Numbered from the stretch's first letter, positions 39,091 to 49,342 are shown. The stretch: DNA of 64,000 nucleotides from Acidobacteriota bacterium (GCA_036507075.1 DASXQR010000167.1:1-64000), one strand, 5' to 3'. Program-made: numbers and translations. The notes: generated by a model not told the origin, from the sequence alone.

Positions 39091-39189
39091 GACGCGATCT
39101 GAAATGTCCAAACTCCAGGGCGCTGCTTTGCCTCACGCGGCATGCCGTGCTACGTTGCCGCCGCGAGGCGGCGCCTCGACCGTCTTGCA

Positions 39190-40170
39190 GGAACGTCAAC
39201 CGTCCGTTGTGAGACAGGAGCTGGCGCTGGAATTGAAGGCGGGCGTGAACAGCATCCAGGTCACCGACATTACCATGCATCTGGAACCCGACTCGGTGAT
39301 CCTGCGGGATCCCAGCGGCAGAAATCCCATTCAGGTATTGGAACAAAACTATCGCGCCGATCCGATTTCAGAGTCTTTGCTGCTCTCGCTCAACGAGGGC
39401 AAGACAATTGACTTTCTGGTACAGCGCGAAAACAGGCAGGAAGTCATCCCGGGCAAGATTATCCGCAGCGGCTACACGCCGCACGAATCCAGCCGGTAAC
39501 CGAGAAGACCTTCGATGAATACCACCTCTATACGCTGGCTCGACCCGCTACGCTGCACGACCGGGAGACCAAGCAGGTGGAATTCATCCGCGCGGCCGGC
39601 GTTCCCAGCAAGCGGCTTTATGTCTATGATGGAGTAAAGATTGATTCCAACCGCTACCGCGGATGGAACTGGGAAAGTATCCGCAACGATTATTCATACG
39701 GGACCGAATCCAACTCCAAAATCTGGGTGATGCGCGAATTTCTCAACTCTGAAGCCAACCATCTGGGCATGCCGTTGCCCAGAGGACGAGTGCGGTTTTA
39801 TCGCAGCAACAACGACGGCCAGATGGAGTTCACCGGCGAAAATATCATCGATCACACTCCACGCGACGAAACAGCACGCGTTTATACCGGCAATGCCTTC
39901 GATCTTGCCGGAGAGCGTCGCAGGACGAATTTCAAGATCGACACCGACAAGCACTTTCTGGACGAATCTTTTGAAATCAAGGTCCGGAACCATAAAGAAG
40001 AACCAGTGACCGTTCGCGTGGTTGAGCATCTGTATCGCTCGATCAACTGGGAAGTAGCAGTAAGGTCGGATCCATTCAGCAAAACCGACAGCCAGACGAT
40101 CGAGTTCCCCGTCACAATCGCGCCAAACGCAGAAAAGGCAATCACCTACACGGTGCACTATACCTGGTAG
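39190..40170 (+). pseudogene. DUF4139-domain protein, 5'-truncated with internal deletion
   Basis: VVRQ...L..G.N...EPDSVILRD...VLEQNY; after a frame break FDEYHLYTL.RP.TL.DRETKQVEF...LGMPLP.GRVR.Y...IDHTP...YTVHYTW. Confidence 0.8.
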
Positions 40171-40246
40171 GGGCCGAAACGATGAATCGATAGCGCCATC
40201 GCACGGCCGGGTTGCGTCATACCACGGGATACAATTCGGAAATCTG

Positions 40247-40341
40247 TTTCACCGCGGAGACGCAAAGAACGCGAAGTTTCCGCTGAGTTTGCCATCGAAA
40301 CTCTGCGCAAACTCGGCGCTCTTTGCGTCTCTGCGGTGAAA
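40247..40341. repeat. 95-bp miniature inverted-repeat element
   Basis: 22-bp inverted repeat TTTCACCGC(G/A)GAGACGCAAAGA with one mismatch, between convergent genes. Confidence 0.8.
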
Positions 40342-40356
40342 GCCGTGGGCGGGATT

Positions 40357-41553
40357 TCAGTTGGCCAGGCGGTAGAGATGAGTGTCGGTTCGAATGAATA
40401 TCGAGCCGCGCGAGACGGCCATTGAGGCAAGCGCCATGCCGTCGATGTGGTTGGTTGCCAGTTTTTGAAATTGCGTTCCGGGCGCAATCACGACCGAGTC
40501 ACCCTCTTCGCTGAGAAAGTAGATCCGCCCGTCTGCATAGACGGGAGAGGCGGAATGATTGCCGCCCAGGCGGACTCGCCAATGCTCTTTTCCGGTCTTT
40601 GCATCCAGGCAGCTCGCAATGCCATTGTCGCTTACCAGATATAGCTCCTCGCCCACCAGAAGCGGCGAAGGCGTCAGCGGCACGCCTCGCTTCAGGCTCC
40701 AGGCTACATGCGTCCTGGTTACGTCCTTGCGGCCGTCTACCCGGACAGCCAGCAAAGAAGGCTCAAAAAAGCCGGTGCAGATGAAAACCAGTCCGTGGCC
40801 GTAGACCGGTCGCGGCACATTGGAGAACCCGTCTCCATAACTCACCGACCAAATCTCTTTGCCTGTTTGCGGTTCATAAGCGATTGCGCGGTGGGCGCCC
40901 GGGCTGATGACCTGGTCGCCATCGGGAAGCCGCACAACGAGCGAGGTCGAGTAGGCCTGGTACCCGTCTCGGAAGCGCTTCCATCGAATCTTGCCCGATC
41001 CCTTGTCCAGCGCGGCGACAAACTGCACATCCTGGCCATCGCAGCTCACGATCAACAGATCTTCATAGAGCACCGGCGATCCGCCAGGACCATGCTGGCC
41101 AGAATACTCGAGCCGGGTCTTCCAGATAATTTCACCCGACTGATTGATGCAGGCTGTTCCGTGGGCGCCAAAATGAAGATAAATTCGATCACCTTCGATC
41201 ACAGGAGTGGGCGAGGCGTGGCTGTTCTTAGCGTTGATCGGCCCCGGGTTATTGCGGCGAAGCACTTCCACGTTGTGCGCGATCCCGCCGGTTTCGCGGT
41301 CTACACAGACCGCGCGCAATGATCTGCCCTCCTCGGTCGCCGTTGTCAGCCAGATGCGATTCCCCTGAATCGCTGGAGACGACCAGCCCCGGCCCGGAAT
41401 CGGCACCTTCCACTTGATATGCTCCGTCTCGCTCCAAGTGAGTGGCAGTCCACGCTCCTCCGAGTAGCCCTGTCCCGTCGGACCGCGGAACTCTGGCCAG
41501 TCCTGCGCCAACACCAGGGCTCCGCCGAGCAGAAAAAGCAGGATAGTTCTCAT
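40357..41553 (-). CDS. PQQ-like / BamB-type beta-propeller protein
   Basis: Signal peptide; DWPEFRGP.G.G; PGRGWSSP; repeated SP......D..TG...W. Confidence 0.9.
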   Translation of the reverse strand: MRTILLFLLGGALVLAQDWPEFRGPTGQGYSEERGLPLTWSETEHIKWKVPIPGRGWSSPAIQGNRIWLTTATEEGRSLRAVCVDRETGGIAHNVEVLRRNNPGPINAKNSHASPTPVIEGDRIYLHFGAHGTACINQSGEIIWKTRLEYSGQHGPGGSPVLYEDLLIVSCDGQDVQFVAALDKGSGKIRWKRFRDGYQAYSTSLVVRLPDGDQVISPGAHRAIAYEPQTGKEIWSVSYGDGFSNVPRPVYGHGLVFICTGFFEPSLLAVRVDGRKDVTRTHVAWSLKRGVPLTPSPLLVGEELYLVSDNGIASCLDAKTGKEHWRVRLGGNHSASPVYADGRIYFLSEEGDSVVIAPGTQFQKLATNHIDGMALASMAVSRGSIFIRTDTHLYRLAN

Positions 41554-41559
41554 CCTTGC

Positions 41560-44163
41560 TCACGGCGCCACAGTCTTTGGCGTGAATGTAACGGTATAGT
41601 TGCTTCCGGCATAAAGCACCAACCGGTAATTGCCGCTGCTTTCGGTCGTCCCAAACGCAGTGAACAGGGCGGCCAGACCTGACAGCTCGCTGCTTGTCGC
41701 CGTGACGGTGACATCCTTTACGGGCTGTCCGGCCGCATCAATAACCCTGCCGCGCAGAATGACGCGAACGGCCGGGCCTGGAGCATTGATGTTACTTGTG
41801 GCGTCTCCGCTCAGCGTGATCTCCTGGGGTGGGCGCGGAAAGGAGAGTGCGCCTATGACGTTCGTGTTCTCCAGGATGGGAATGGTGGCGCTAAGGAAAT
41901 AGTTCCTGCCTGCCGCCAACAGCATGGAGTATCCGCCGCTGAGCGGTTCGCTCGTAAGGCTGGTAGCGACAGGTGGAACCACACAACCGGCGCCCGGATC
42001 GGCAAGTTCGCCGGAGCGGTCCACCGCCAGAACGGTCGCGAGCGCCAGGCCGCCATAATTCTCCAGCCCCACGACCCTTCCCTGCAGTTGCGCCGGAGGC
42101 GGCACGCTATAGTTGCCAAATGCCTGCCCGCTTCCCACCGTTAAGACGGCGATGTTGTAAATCGCGACGTTCTGCCGCTGCAACGGACTGATCTCGCGTA
42201 CTGCCGTCAAACTGACGCGATACGTGTTGTTGCTGGGAAGCTGGCCGCGAAAATTCGAATCCGGTGCTACATCAATGATGCCCTGCACTCTATTTTCAAT
42301 TGAAGTAAAGACCAGCTTCGGTTGCGTCAGGCCGGGAGAGTTGTTCAACCCCAGAAACATGCCGCTGGCCATCGACATCGGAACGTCGGGAATGACGATG
42401 TCCCGCACCCGGTCTGCCGTCATCGCCACCAGTTGCGGATCTTCATATGTAAGCAGCGCCTGGCCCGCCGCCGCGCTGCTCGGTTCGTAACAGACTGTAA
42501 GCGTGTATGTCCCCGGCGGGACAATAATCAGATAACGATTTGTCGCCGGATTGACGGCTCCTGTAAACAGGCTGCCCCTGGCGGCCACCTGCAAGACTGA
42601 GCGCACGGAACCGGAGATGGTTCCCGAAAGCCGCAGTCCGGGCGGCAGCGTGGCGTCCAGCACCTGATCGTCCAGTGCGCTTACACCAGCGATGGTCCGG
42701 CTCAGCAAGGGCGCAGGCTGCGGTGGGGGCGGGGATGGAGGTGAAAACGCGCCTGCACCCACCGGCAGTGTAGTGAAGGTAAGGGGATCGGCATTCTGTC
42801 GCAGCGTCACCGCGGAAATCGGTCCGCCGGCACTGATGGCAAGTGTGCCGCGAAAATTTGTGATGGTGGAAAACAGCTCTGCGAAAAACTGCGCCAGGTG
42901 CGCGCCGGGCGGCAGCGTGATCGTTTTGGCGGGCGCGGCCACCTGGCCGGTCCGGTCGTACGGCGTCAGTGTCAGCAGCACGGCGACATTTGTTTGATTG
43001 AAGAGAGCAAAACCGGTATTGAATTTTCCCGTAGTGTCCACCGGGATCGTGAACTCGGTACGCGCCGGCGAATCGCCCACGCCCGCTTCCGTGATGAACT
43101 CTCCCGCCGGGCTGAAGACCGTAAAAATCGCCGCCACTCCGATCGGACCAGTGGCTGTAATGCGCGCGGCGCCGGCAGTCAACAGTCCGCTGCCGTCCGT
43201 TTGCAGGAACGCAGACTCACCTGGCTGCAGCGTAACAGCGAAAGTGCTGCTCGTTCCGCGGCCGGTGATGGTGACGACAAACGGGCTGCCATCGTCGCGC
43301 GTCAGCGCAATGGTTACCGTCGAGGGTCCGGCGCCTGTGCTGAAGAGGATCAACGTGGTTCGAAAGGAACCCCCCGCAAAGATTCCGTTGGCGATCTGAG
43401 GCAGGCTGAATGACATTTGCGAATTGGCGCGCGGCACTGCCGGCAGCGTGGTAAACGTGAGCGGGGCTGCATTCTGCCGCAGCGTCAGTACCGCTATCGG
43501 AGCGGTGCTCGAGACGACGAGCGTTCCGCGAAGATTAGCGATCGACGGGAACAACTCTCCCGCAACAAATTTCGCGCTGTGGCTGTTGGCCCCCAGCAGG
43601 ATCACGACCCGCGCGCGCTCCTGGCCGCTTGTGTCCAGCAGCCTGAGTGTTATGGTGGCTGCGGCGGCAGCGGGATTGAACAGCGCCATGCCGGTGTTGA
43701 AATTTCCGGTGGTATCAACAGGAATAATATTCTCGATCTGCGGAACAACACCTCCGACACCTGCTTCGGTAAGAAATGACCCGTCCAATTTGAAGAGTGT
43801 AAATATGGCTGAGACGCCGATCGCCTTGTCGGAAATCACCTTCGCCGCTCCCACGGCAAGGCCGCCGGAGCCATCGGTCTGCAGCAAGCGCGATTCTCCC
43901 GGTCCCAGCGTAAAGGTAAAACTGCTCGCGGTCCCGAATTCGGTGATGGTCACTGTCAGCGGGCTTCCGTCGTCCCGGGAGAGAGAGATCGTGACATTGG
44001 CGGCAATAGAACCGCTGTTGAAGGCGATAAACGTCGTCTTAAATATGCCGCCGCTGAACTGCCCGTTGGCAACCTGCGGAAGATCGTTTTCCTGCTGCTG
44101 CGCATAGCCGGTAGAGGCGCACAACCAGAGAGCCAGAGCGAGCAGCGGGATTCTTCTTTTCAT
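41560..44163 (-). CDS. exported multidomain beta-rich protein with two internal repeats of about 230 aa
   Basis: MKRRIPLLAL signal; LPQ(V/I)ANG.F.GG.F.TT...TEAGVG...IPVDTTG.FNTG.ALFN...TLRQNA.PLTFTTLP twice; C-terminal GRVID..GQPV..VTV carboxypeptidase-regulatory-like domain. Confidence 0.8.
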   Translation of the reverse strand: MKRRIPLLALALWLCASTGYAQQQENDLPQVANGQFSGGIFKTTFIAFNSGSIAANVTISLSRDDGSPLTVTITEFGTASSFTFTLGPGESRLLQTDGSGGLAVGAAKVISDKAIGVSAIFTLFKLDGSFLTEAGVGGVVPQIENIIPVDTTGNFNTGMALFNPAAAAATITLRLLDTSGQERARVVILLGANSHSAKFVAGELFPSIANLRGTLVVSSTAPIAVLTLRQNAAPLTFTTLPAVPRANSQMSFSLPQIANGIFAGGSFRTTLILFSTGAGPSTVTIALTRDDGSPFVVTITGRGTSSTFAVTLQPGESAFLQTDGSGLLTAGAARITATGPIGVAAIFTVFSPAGEFITEAGVGDSPARTEFTIPVDTTGKFNTGFALFNQTNVAVLLTLTPYDRTGQVAAPAKTITLPPGAHLAQFFAELFSTITNFRGTLAISAGGPISAVTLRQNADPLTFTTLPVGAGAFSPPSPPPPQPAPLLSRTIAGVSALDDQVLDATLPPGLRLSGTISGSVRSVLQVAARGSLFTGAVNPATNRYLIIVPPGTYTLTVCYEPSSAAAGQALLTYEDPQLVAMTADRVRDIVIPDVPMSMASGMFLGLNNSPGLTQPKLVFTSIENRVQGIIDVAPDSNFRGQLPSNNTYRVSLTAVREISPLQRQNVAIYNIAVLTVGSGQAFGNYSVPPPAQLQGRVVGLENYGGLALATVLAVDRSGELADPGAGCVVPPVATSLTSEPLSGGYSMLLAAGRNYFLSATIPILENTNVIGALSFPRPPQEITLSGDATSNINAPGPAVRVILRGRVIDAAGQPVKDVTVTATSSELSGLAALFTAFGTTESSGNYRLVLYAGSNYTVTFTPKTVAP

Positions 44164-44258
44164 AAGGGTTGGGAACGATCCCTCAAAAGAGTATAGCCGC
44201 GGTTCGCCACAAAGGCACGAAACGCAGGAGAAATACCGTTCGGCCAAGTCAAGTTTTG

Positions 44259-44286
44259 ATATGGTAGTATGGTATCAGTATGGTAC
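44259..44286. promoter_or_regulatory. triple TATGGTA direct repeat (candidate RHH operator)
   Basis: aTATGGTAgTATGGTAtcagTATGGTAc, overlapping the antitoxin start. Confidence 0.55.
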
Positions 44287-44570
44287 GAAAAGTAACTTTC
44301 ACCCTCGATGACGAGGCGCTCGCGGTACTGGGACGTACCGCTGATCGTCTCCACAAACCGAAAAGCCAGGTGGTCCGCGAAGCCATCCATGATTATGGCG
44401 AACGGGTCGGGCGGCTGAGCGAGCAGGAGCGCCTGCGCCTGCTGGAGGTTTTCGATGAAGTTACGGCGCGCATTCCTCGCCGTCCTCTTGCCGAGGTTGA
44501 GGAAGAGATCTCGGAGCTCAGGAAGGCGCGCCGCGCCGGCGGCCGGCGGTCGCGGCGGCCAGTTCGATGA
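44280..44570 (+). CDS. CopG/RHH antitoxin (VapB-like)
   Basis: KVTFTLDDE...L...A.....KSQVVREAI; ATGA coupling to the PIN gene. Confidence 0.85.
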   Translation: MVRKVTFTLDDEALAVLGRTADRLHKPKSQVVREAIHDYGERVGRLSEQERLRLLEVFDEVTARIPRRPLAEVEEEISELRKARRAGGRRSRRPVR

Positions 44571-44947
44571 TACTGCTGGATACCTCCATTCTCATCGATG
44601 CATTGACCGGACCGCGGCGGTCGGCGCCGTCCTTGCGAAAGGCCATCGAACGTGGCGAGCGGGTTCTGGTCCCTGCTCTGGTGCTGTATGAATGGCTGCG
44701 TGGCCCCCGACTAAAGGCGGAACTTCTGGCGCAGGAGAGTTTATTCCCGCGAACGGACTCCGTGCCGTTTGGTCCGGAGGAATGCGCGCTTGCGGCAACT
44801 TTGTATCGGAAGGTTTCACATCCGCGTGGTCGAGAGATTGATCTTGCGATCGCCGCGTGCGCGATAGCGCGCGCCGCCTATCTCTGGACTCTTAACGCGT
44901 CAGACTTCCGCGACGTCCCGGACTTGCGGCTCTGGTCAGTTTCCTAG
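44567..44947 (+). CDS. vapC: PIN-domain toxin
   Basis: ILLDTSILID, LYE...G, DLAIAACA, LWTLN..DF. Confidence 0.9.
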   Translation: MILLDTSILIDALTGPRRSAPSLRKAIERGERVLVPALVLYEWLRGPRLKAELLAQESLFPRTDSVPFGPEECALAATLYRKVSHPRGREIDLAIAACAIARAAYLWTLNASDFRDVPDLRLWSVS

Positions 44948-44950
44948 ACC

Positions 44951-44999
44951 CGTCAATTGGGGACAGACACCAATCGCCGATATCACTTCAGCCGTAAAC
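44951..44999 (+). repeat. 49-bp direct repeat, copy 1 (copy 2 at 49294..49342)
   Basis: CGTCAATTGGGGACAGACACC...TCACTTCAGCCGTAAAC, 46 of 49 positions identical. Confidence 0.9.
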
Positions 45000-45046
45000 G
45001 CGAGTTCAACAAATCTTAACAAGTCTCAAGGACAGCGACCAATGCG

Positions 45047-48000
45047 TCAGAACGCCAGTCTCAGCCCGAATTGAATGTCTCGCGGGTCGGTGGCTGAGGT
45101 GATGCGGCCCACACTGGCCGGCACGGTGATGTCGGCGGCTGGAAGGCCAAAGTTGGCGTGGTTGAGGACGTTGAAGAATTCGGCCCGGAATTCCAGCCGG
45201 ATTTTTTCCGTCAGTGCTGTCGTCTTGAAAACTGCGGCATCCCAGTTGAAAAAGCCGGGCCCGAAAAGAAAGTTCCGAGCCGAGTTGCCGTAAGTAAACG
45301 GAGCCGGGACGGCGAAGGCGTCTGGATTGAACCAGCGCTGAGTCGTGCGATTGCTCAGCTTGGGATTGCCCACCAGATCGGCTCGGTTGCTGGGCCAACC
45401 CTGCGTCCTGCTGGTAAAGGTCACCGAAAACGGCTGGCCGGTGCCAAAGCTGCTAATCCCGGCAATCTGCCAACCTCCCAGAAACTTGCCGGCCAGCCCC
45501 GACTGGGAAGACAGGTAACGTTTGCCTGGGCCAAAGGGCAGCTCGTAGATATAATTCAGCGCGGCGAAGTGCCGCCGGATCCCGTCAAGGTTGCCGCGAT
45601 CCAGACGCGTATTGCGGTTGTCCATCGGGGGCAGAACATGGATCTGCTCGCCCAGCGCCTTGGTCAACTGGTACTCGAACTGGAAGGCAAATCCTGCCGA
45701 GTAGCGGCGTATGGCAGACAACTGCATTTGATGGGTGGACGCATCCCTTCCGGATTCGTAATAGGTAATCGGTCCAAAGGGCTGGTAAGGCCGCCGCGGC
45801 TGTACGGCACCCGGAGCCGGGGGAGGATCGTTCAAGTTGAACAAGCGTTCCAGATGGATCCCTCTGTTGCCGACATACGAAGCGCGCACCGCAGTGTTGG
45901 CGAGGACTTCATACTCTAAGGTAAAGTTCCATTGCTGGTGATACGGATTTCTACGATCGCGGGAGATCGCCTGGAGCGCCGGACTGGTGGGGAGGGTCCC
46001 GCTGCCGGGAAACGGGTTCGCCCACGTCAATGAGGGCGTCGGGCCGGGAATGGGCTCAAAGGTTTCCGTGACGCGAAATGGCGGATTCAGCGCCAGTTGG
46101 AAGAACCCGCTGTAGCCTGGCATCACGTTGTAGAAAATTCCGTAGCTGCCGCGTACGACGAAGCTCGTATTGCCCAGAGGCCGAAATGCAAAACCGAGAC
46201 GAGGCGCAAAGTTGTTGCGATCCTTATTTAGATAGTTTCCACTATCCAAATCGACACTCTTCCCATCCACGATGGGCAAAGTGGCCAGCAGCCTGGGATC
46301 GGCCGTGCCAGCCAGCAAAACGATCTTGCCCAAATGGGGATAGAAGTTAGACAGGTCTCCCTGGCCATTCTCAAATAAGCTCGCGTATTCGTAGCGCAGC
46401 CCGAGATTGAGCGTCAGACTGGGCAGTACATTCCAGTCATCCTGCACAAAAGTGGCATAGCGGCTGTTTTGCGGCTCGGCCTCCACGTTTCTGCTCACGC
46501 GGCTGCTGGCCGAAGCGGCGCCCAGAAGAAAGTCTGCAAACGAATGGCCGCTGTAGCGTCCATCAAAGCTGAAACTGCCCCGGGGCGGGGGTGGGTTCTG
46601 AAAATTGAAAGAAGAGGCCCGTTGAAATTCGAAGCCTGTCTTGATCGCGTGTGCCCCGCGCCGCCAGCTCAGAGTGTCGATAACCTCATAGCTACGCTGC
46701 CGATCACCGGATCCCGGAAGGTCAAGGAAGCCACGAAACCCCGTGATAGTTATGTTGGGAAGGCCACCCAGGCCCTTGACTGGCGATATCAGCCCGGGAA
46801 TCACCTTGCTCGGATCAAAATCAAAATTCTGAGGCGTGCGGAAGTAGTTGACATGCATAAATCCAAAGCGCACTTCGTTGATTACCGTTGACGATAGCAG
46901 CCGCGTGTAGCTTCCAACAGCATTGCGCGTGGCAGTGCCAAATCCTCCCCAATTTCCAAATTTATCTGTCCCGGTGCCAACGCCCGAGACAAAGGGTCCG
47001 TTGTCGGCCAGGTAAAACCTCCCGGTGACGCTGTCAACCGAGCTGGCCTGGTAATCGACCCGCGCCGAGTAGCGATCGTAGCTTTCACGCGTTGGCACGT
47101 TGACCGTGAAATTATTGCCGAGGCCGGCAGCGCCGGTTCCGGGCCCGTTTGGATCCGATGCGAACTTGAGCAGTTCCCGCGCCACTGGGCTGATTCGTTC
47201 GGAAGGAATGCGGTTGTTCAGAAAGGGAACACCCGTAACAGGGTCGCGAATTGGCGGCAAGCCGCTGAAGTCTCCTGCCTTGAGCGCCGTCGTGGGCATT
47301 GCATGAACAGTGGTCGTGGAAACCCGCCGGCGCAGCCCCTCAAAGTTGCCGAAGAAGAACAGTTTATTTTCAAGAATGGGACCGCCGAGGGATCCGCCAA
47401 ACTCGTTTCGATTAAACGAAGGTTTGGGCAGGCCTGTGGCGAAGTGATTCTTGGCAGAAAGAGCCCGGTTGCGGTTAAAAGCGAACAGACTGCCGTGGAA
47501 TTCGTTCGTACCGGATTTCGTGACCACTACTATCTGGGCGCCGCCTCTGCCGAACTCGGCAGGAGCACCGTTTGCGATCACCTTGAATTCGCCGATCGAT
47601 TCAAGAGAGGGCGCCAGCGGCAGAATCCTCTCGTTGCCCACGTCAACGTTGGCTGCCCCGTCGACGGTCATGTTAGCGGCCCCGAACCAGGCGCCGCCGG
47701 CAATCATCGGATTGATGGAAGCGCTCTGCACTCCAGGCGTCAGAATCAAGAGCCCCAGGATCCCCGCCCTGCCGTTGAGCGGCATCGAGACAATTTGCAT
47801 CCCATCGACGACGCTGCCGACCGAAGATGTATCGGACTGGACGACCGGCACGCTGGCCTGCACTTCGACCTCGCTTGTCACTTCGCCCACCTCAAGCTTC
47901 ACGTCGACGCGCACCGTCTGGTTCACGAACACGATGACGGGCCGCACCACAACCGTCTTAAAACCTTGCAGCTCTACACTCAGCTTGTAGCTTCCCGGCT

Positions 48001-48223
48001 CCACGTTGGTGAAGGTGTATTCACCTTGTTCACCCGCTGTCGTCTCACTGGAAATGCCGGTATTTTCATTGAGCAACGTAATCCTTACTCCCGGCACCAC
48101 GGCAGCGGAAGAATCTGTTATGCGTCCCACAACCACGCCCCGAGTCGCCTGTCCCCAAAGCCCGCCGGCTCCCAGCCAAAGCAAGCCCGATACAATCAAG
48201 GTTCTGACAATGATGCGGCGCAT
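45047..48223 (-). CDS. TonB-dependent receptor-like (Oar-like) outer-membrane protein
   Basis: MRRIIVRTL signal after AGGAGG; TKSGTNEFHG, FVQDDW, NNFAPRLGFA, terminal PRDIQFGLRLAF. Confidence 0.92.
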   Translation of the reverse strand: MRRIIVRTLIVSGLLWLGAGGLWGQATRGVVVGRITDSSAAVVPGVRITLLNENTGISSETTAGEQGEYTFTNVEPGSYKLSVELQGFKTVVVRPVIVFVNQTVRVDVKLEVGEVTSEVEVQASVPVVQSDTSSVGSVVDGMQIVSMPLNGRAGILGLLILTPGVQSASINPMIAGGAWFGAANMTVDGAANVDVGNERILPLAPSLESIGEFKVIANGAPAEFGRGGAQIVVVTKSGTNEFHGSLFAFNRNRALSAKNHFATGLPKPSFNRNEFGGSLGGPILENKLFFFGNFEGLRRRVSTTTVHAMPTTALKAGDFSGLPPIRDPVTGVPFLNNRIPSERISPVARELLKFASDPNGPGTGAAGLGNNFTVNVPTRESYDRYSARVDYQASSVDSVTGRFYLADNGPFVSGVGTGTDKFGNWGGFGTATRNAVGSYTRLLSSTVINEVRFGFMHVNYFRTPQNFDFDPSKVIPGLISPVKGLGGLPNITITGFRGFLDLPGSGDRQRSYEVIDTLSWRRGAHAIKTGFEFQRASSFNFQNPPPPRGSFSFDGRYSGHSFADFLLGAASASSRVSRNVEAEPQNSRYATFVQDDWNVLPSLTLNLGLRYEYASLFENGQGDLSNFYPHLGKIVLLAGTADPRLLATLPIVDGKSVDLDSGNYLNKDRNNFAPRLGFAFRPLGNTSFVVRGSYGIFYNVMPGYSGFFQLALNPPFRVTETFEPIPGPTPSLTWANPFPGSGTLPTSPALQAISRDRRNPYHQQWNFTLEYEVLANTAVRASYVGNRGIHLERLFNLNDPPPAPGAVQPRRPYQPFGPITYYESGRDASTHQMQLSAIRRYSAGFAFQFEYQLTKALGEQIHVLPPMDNRNTRLDRGNLDGIRRHFAALNYIYELPFGPGKRYLSSQSGLAGKFLGGWQIAGISSFGTGQPFSVTFTSRTQGWPSNRADLVGNPKLSNRTTQRWFNPDAFAVPAPFTYGNSARNFLFGPGFFNWDAAVFKTTALTEKIRLEFRAEFFNVLNHANFGLPAADITVPASVGRITSATDPRDIQFGLRLAF

Positions 48224-48453
48224 TTTGTCCTCCTGACTTTGGTCAATATCTATTCGGCGCGGCTGCGCCCTCTTTCTGTGATGAACCATTATCCAGGATT
48301 TCCGTTTTGGACTCCTGGGCGACTGCAAGCATACATCGGACCACCTCTCCCTTAGAAGGCTCCAGGACCGATTCTATGTGGCCGAAGGCTTGGATGTGAT
48401 TTGCTTTTGGATAACCTGCTACCGGCACATAACGCAAACAGAGCGAAAAAGAA

Positions 48454-48497
48454 CTTACAAGCAGAAGGCCCGCGGTTCGAGCCCGCAAGCGCCCACC
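48454..48497 (+). pseudogene. 3' half of tRNA-Val(TAC), att-like relic
   Basis: CTTACAAGCAG (anticodon loop and 3' stem), GCGG-TTCGAGC-CCGC T arm, AGCGCCC-A-CC acceptor; no 5' half. Confidence 0.72.
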
Positions 48498-48707
48498 GCT
48501 TTCTTCCAATGCGTGAAAAACGCGCTCGGTACCGTGTATCAGTTTCGTGGGCAGAATCCAGGACTTTGACTGCGCGAGTCCGGCGGCAATATGGCGAAAA
48601 CTGCACCATCGAACATCAGAGCGATGGATCGCGCTCCTGAATATGCCAGTAATTGTAGTGCCCAGGCTTGGCGTCGTTGGGGCGCGTAATCATGCTATGA
48701 TCCGCCC

Positions 48708-49022
48708 GTGGTTCGAGTGGATAAATTGACGGCAGCGTTGCTTGCGTACCAGCCGGAGCGGATCTATGTCTTCGGTTCCGCGGCGCGCGAGGAGACCGAT
48801 TCGTTAAGCGACCTCGACGTGGTTATCATAAAGCGCACATCAGCGCCATTTTTCGACCGTTTGCGGGAGGTCAGCCGTTTGTTGCCCGAGCGAATCGGCG
48901 CCGTCGATATTCTGGTTTATACGCCTGACGAGTTCGAGCGAATGCTGCAGGAAGGGAACGCGTTTGCGTGGATGATTGCCGAAGAGGGGCGTCTCGTCTA
49001 TGGCAGGCCACAGGAAAGTTGA
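48708..49022 (+). CDS. minimal nucleotidyltransferase (MNT antitoxin-like)
   Basis: PERIYVFGS.AR....SDLDVVII...VDILVYTPDEF. Confidence 0.9.
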   Translation: MVRVDKLTAALLAYQPERIYVFGSAAREETDSLSDLDVVIIKRTSAPFFDRLREVSRLLPERIGAVDILVYTPDEFERMLQEGNAFAWMIAEEGRLVYGRPQES

Positions 49023-49272
49023 GGCGCGACGGTGGTTTCAACAAGCGCTGCATGATTTGAGAGCGGTTGGATGGACCATCGAGGGCGGTTTTTATATTCC
49101 TTCCCGATATCCTAACGGTCTGCCCAGTGGTTACCCGCATCAGTTCTATGCGAAGGAGATGGCCGATCAAGCCTTGAAGGCGGCGGAGATGATCGTTTCT
49201 GCAATTCGGGAGCACTATCGCAAACAGGGCGAAGACAGCATACTGCACGCCGTTGACTCCTTGCACGAGTAG
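49000..49272 (+). pseudogene. HEPN-domain gene with a probable in-frame internal deletion
   Basis: EARRWF.QA.HDL......EGGF joined directly to YIPSRYPN; the central AxF.AQQA.EKALKA helix and His region are absent; only 90 aa. Confidence 0.75.
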
Positions 49273-49293
49273 CTGGTTTTCAAAAATTGGCAG

Positions 49294-49342
49294 CGTCAAT
49301 TGGGGACAGACACCCATCACCGATGTCACTTCAGCCGTAAAC
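49294..49342 (+). repeat. 49-bp direct repeat, copy 2; includes the last codons of CDS 49326..51236
   Basis: See 44951..44999. Confidence 0.9.
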
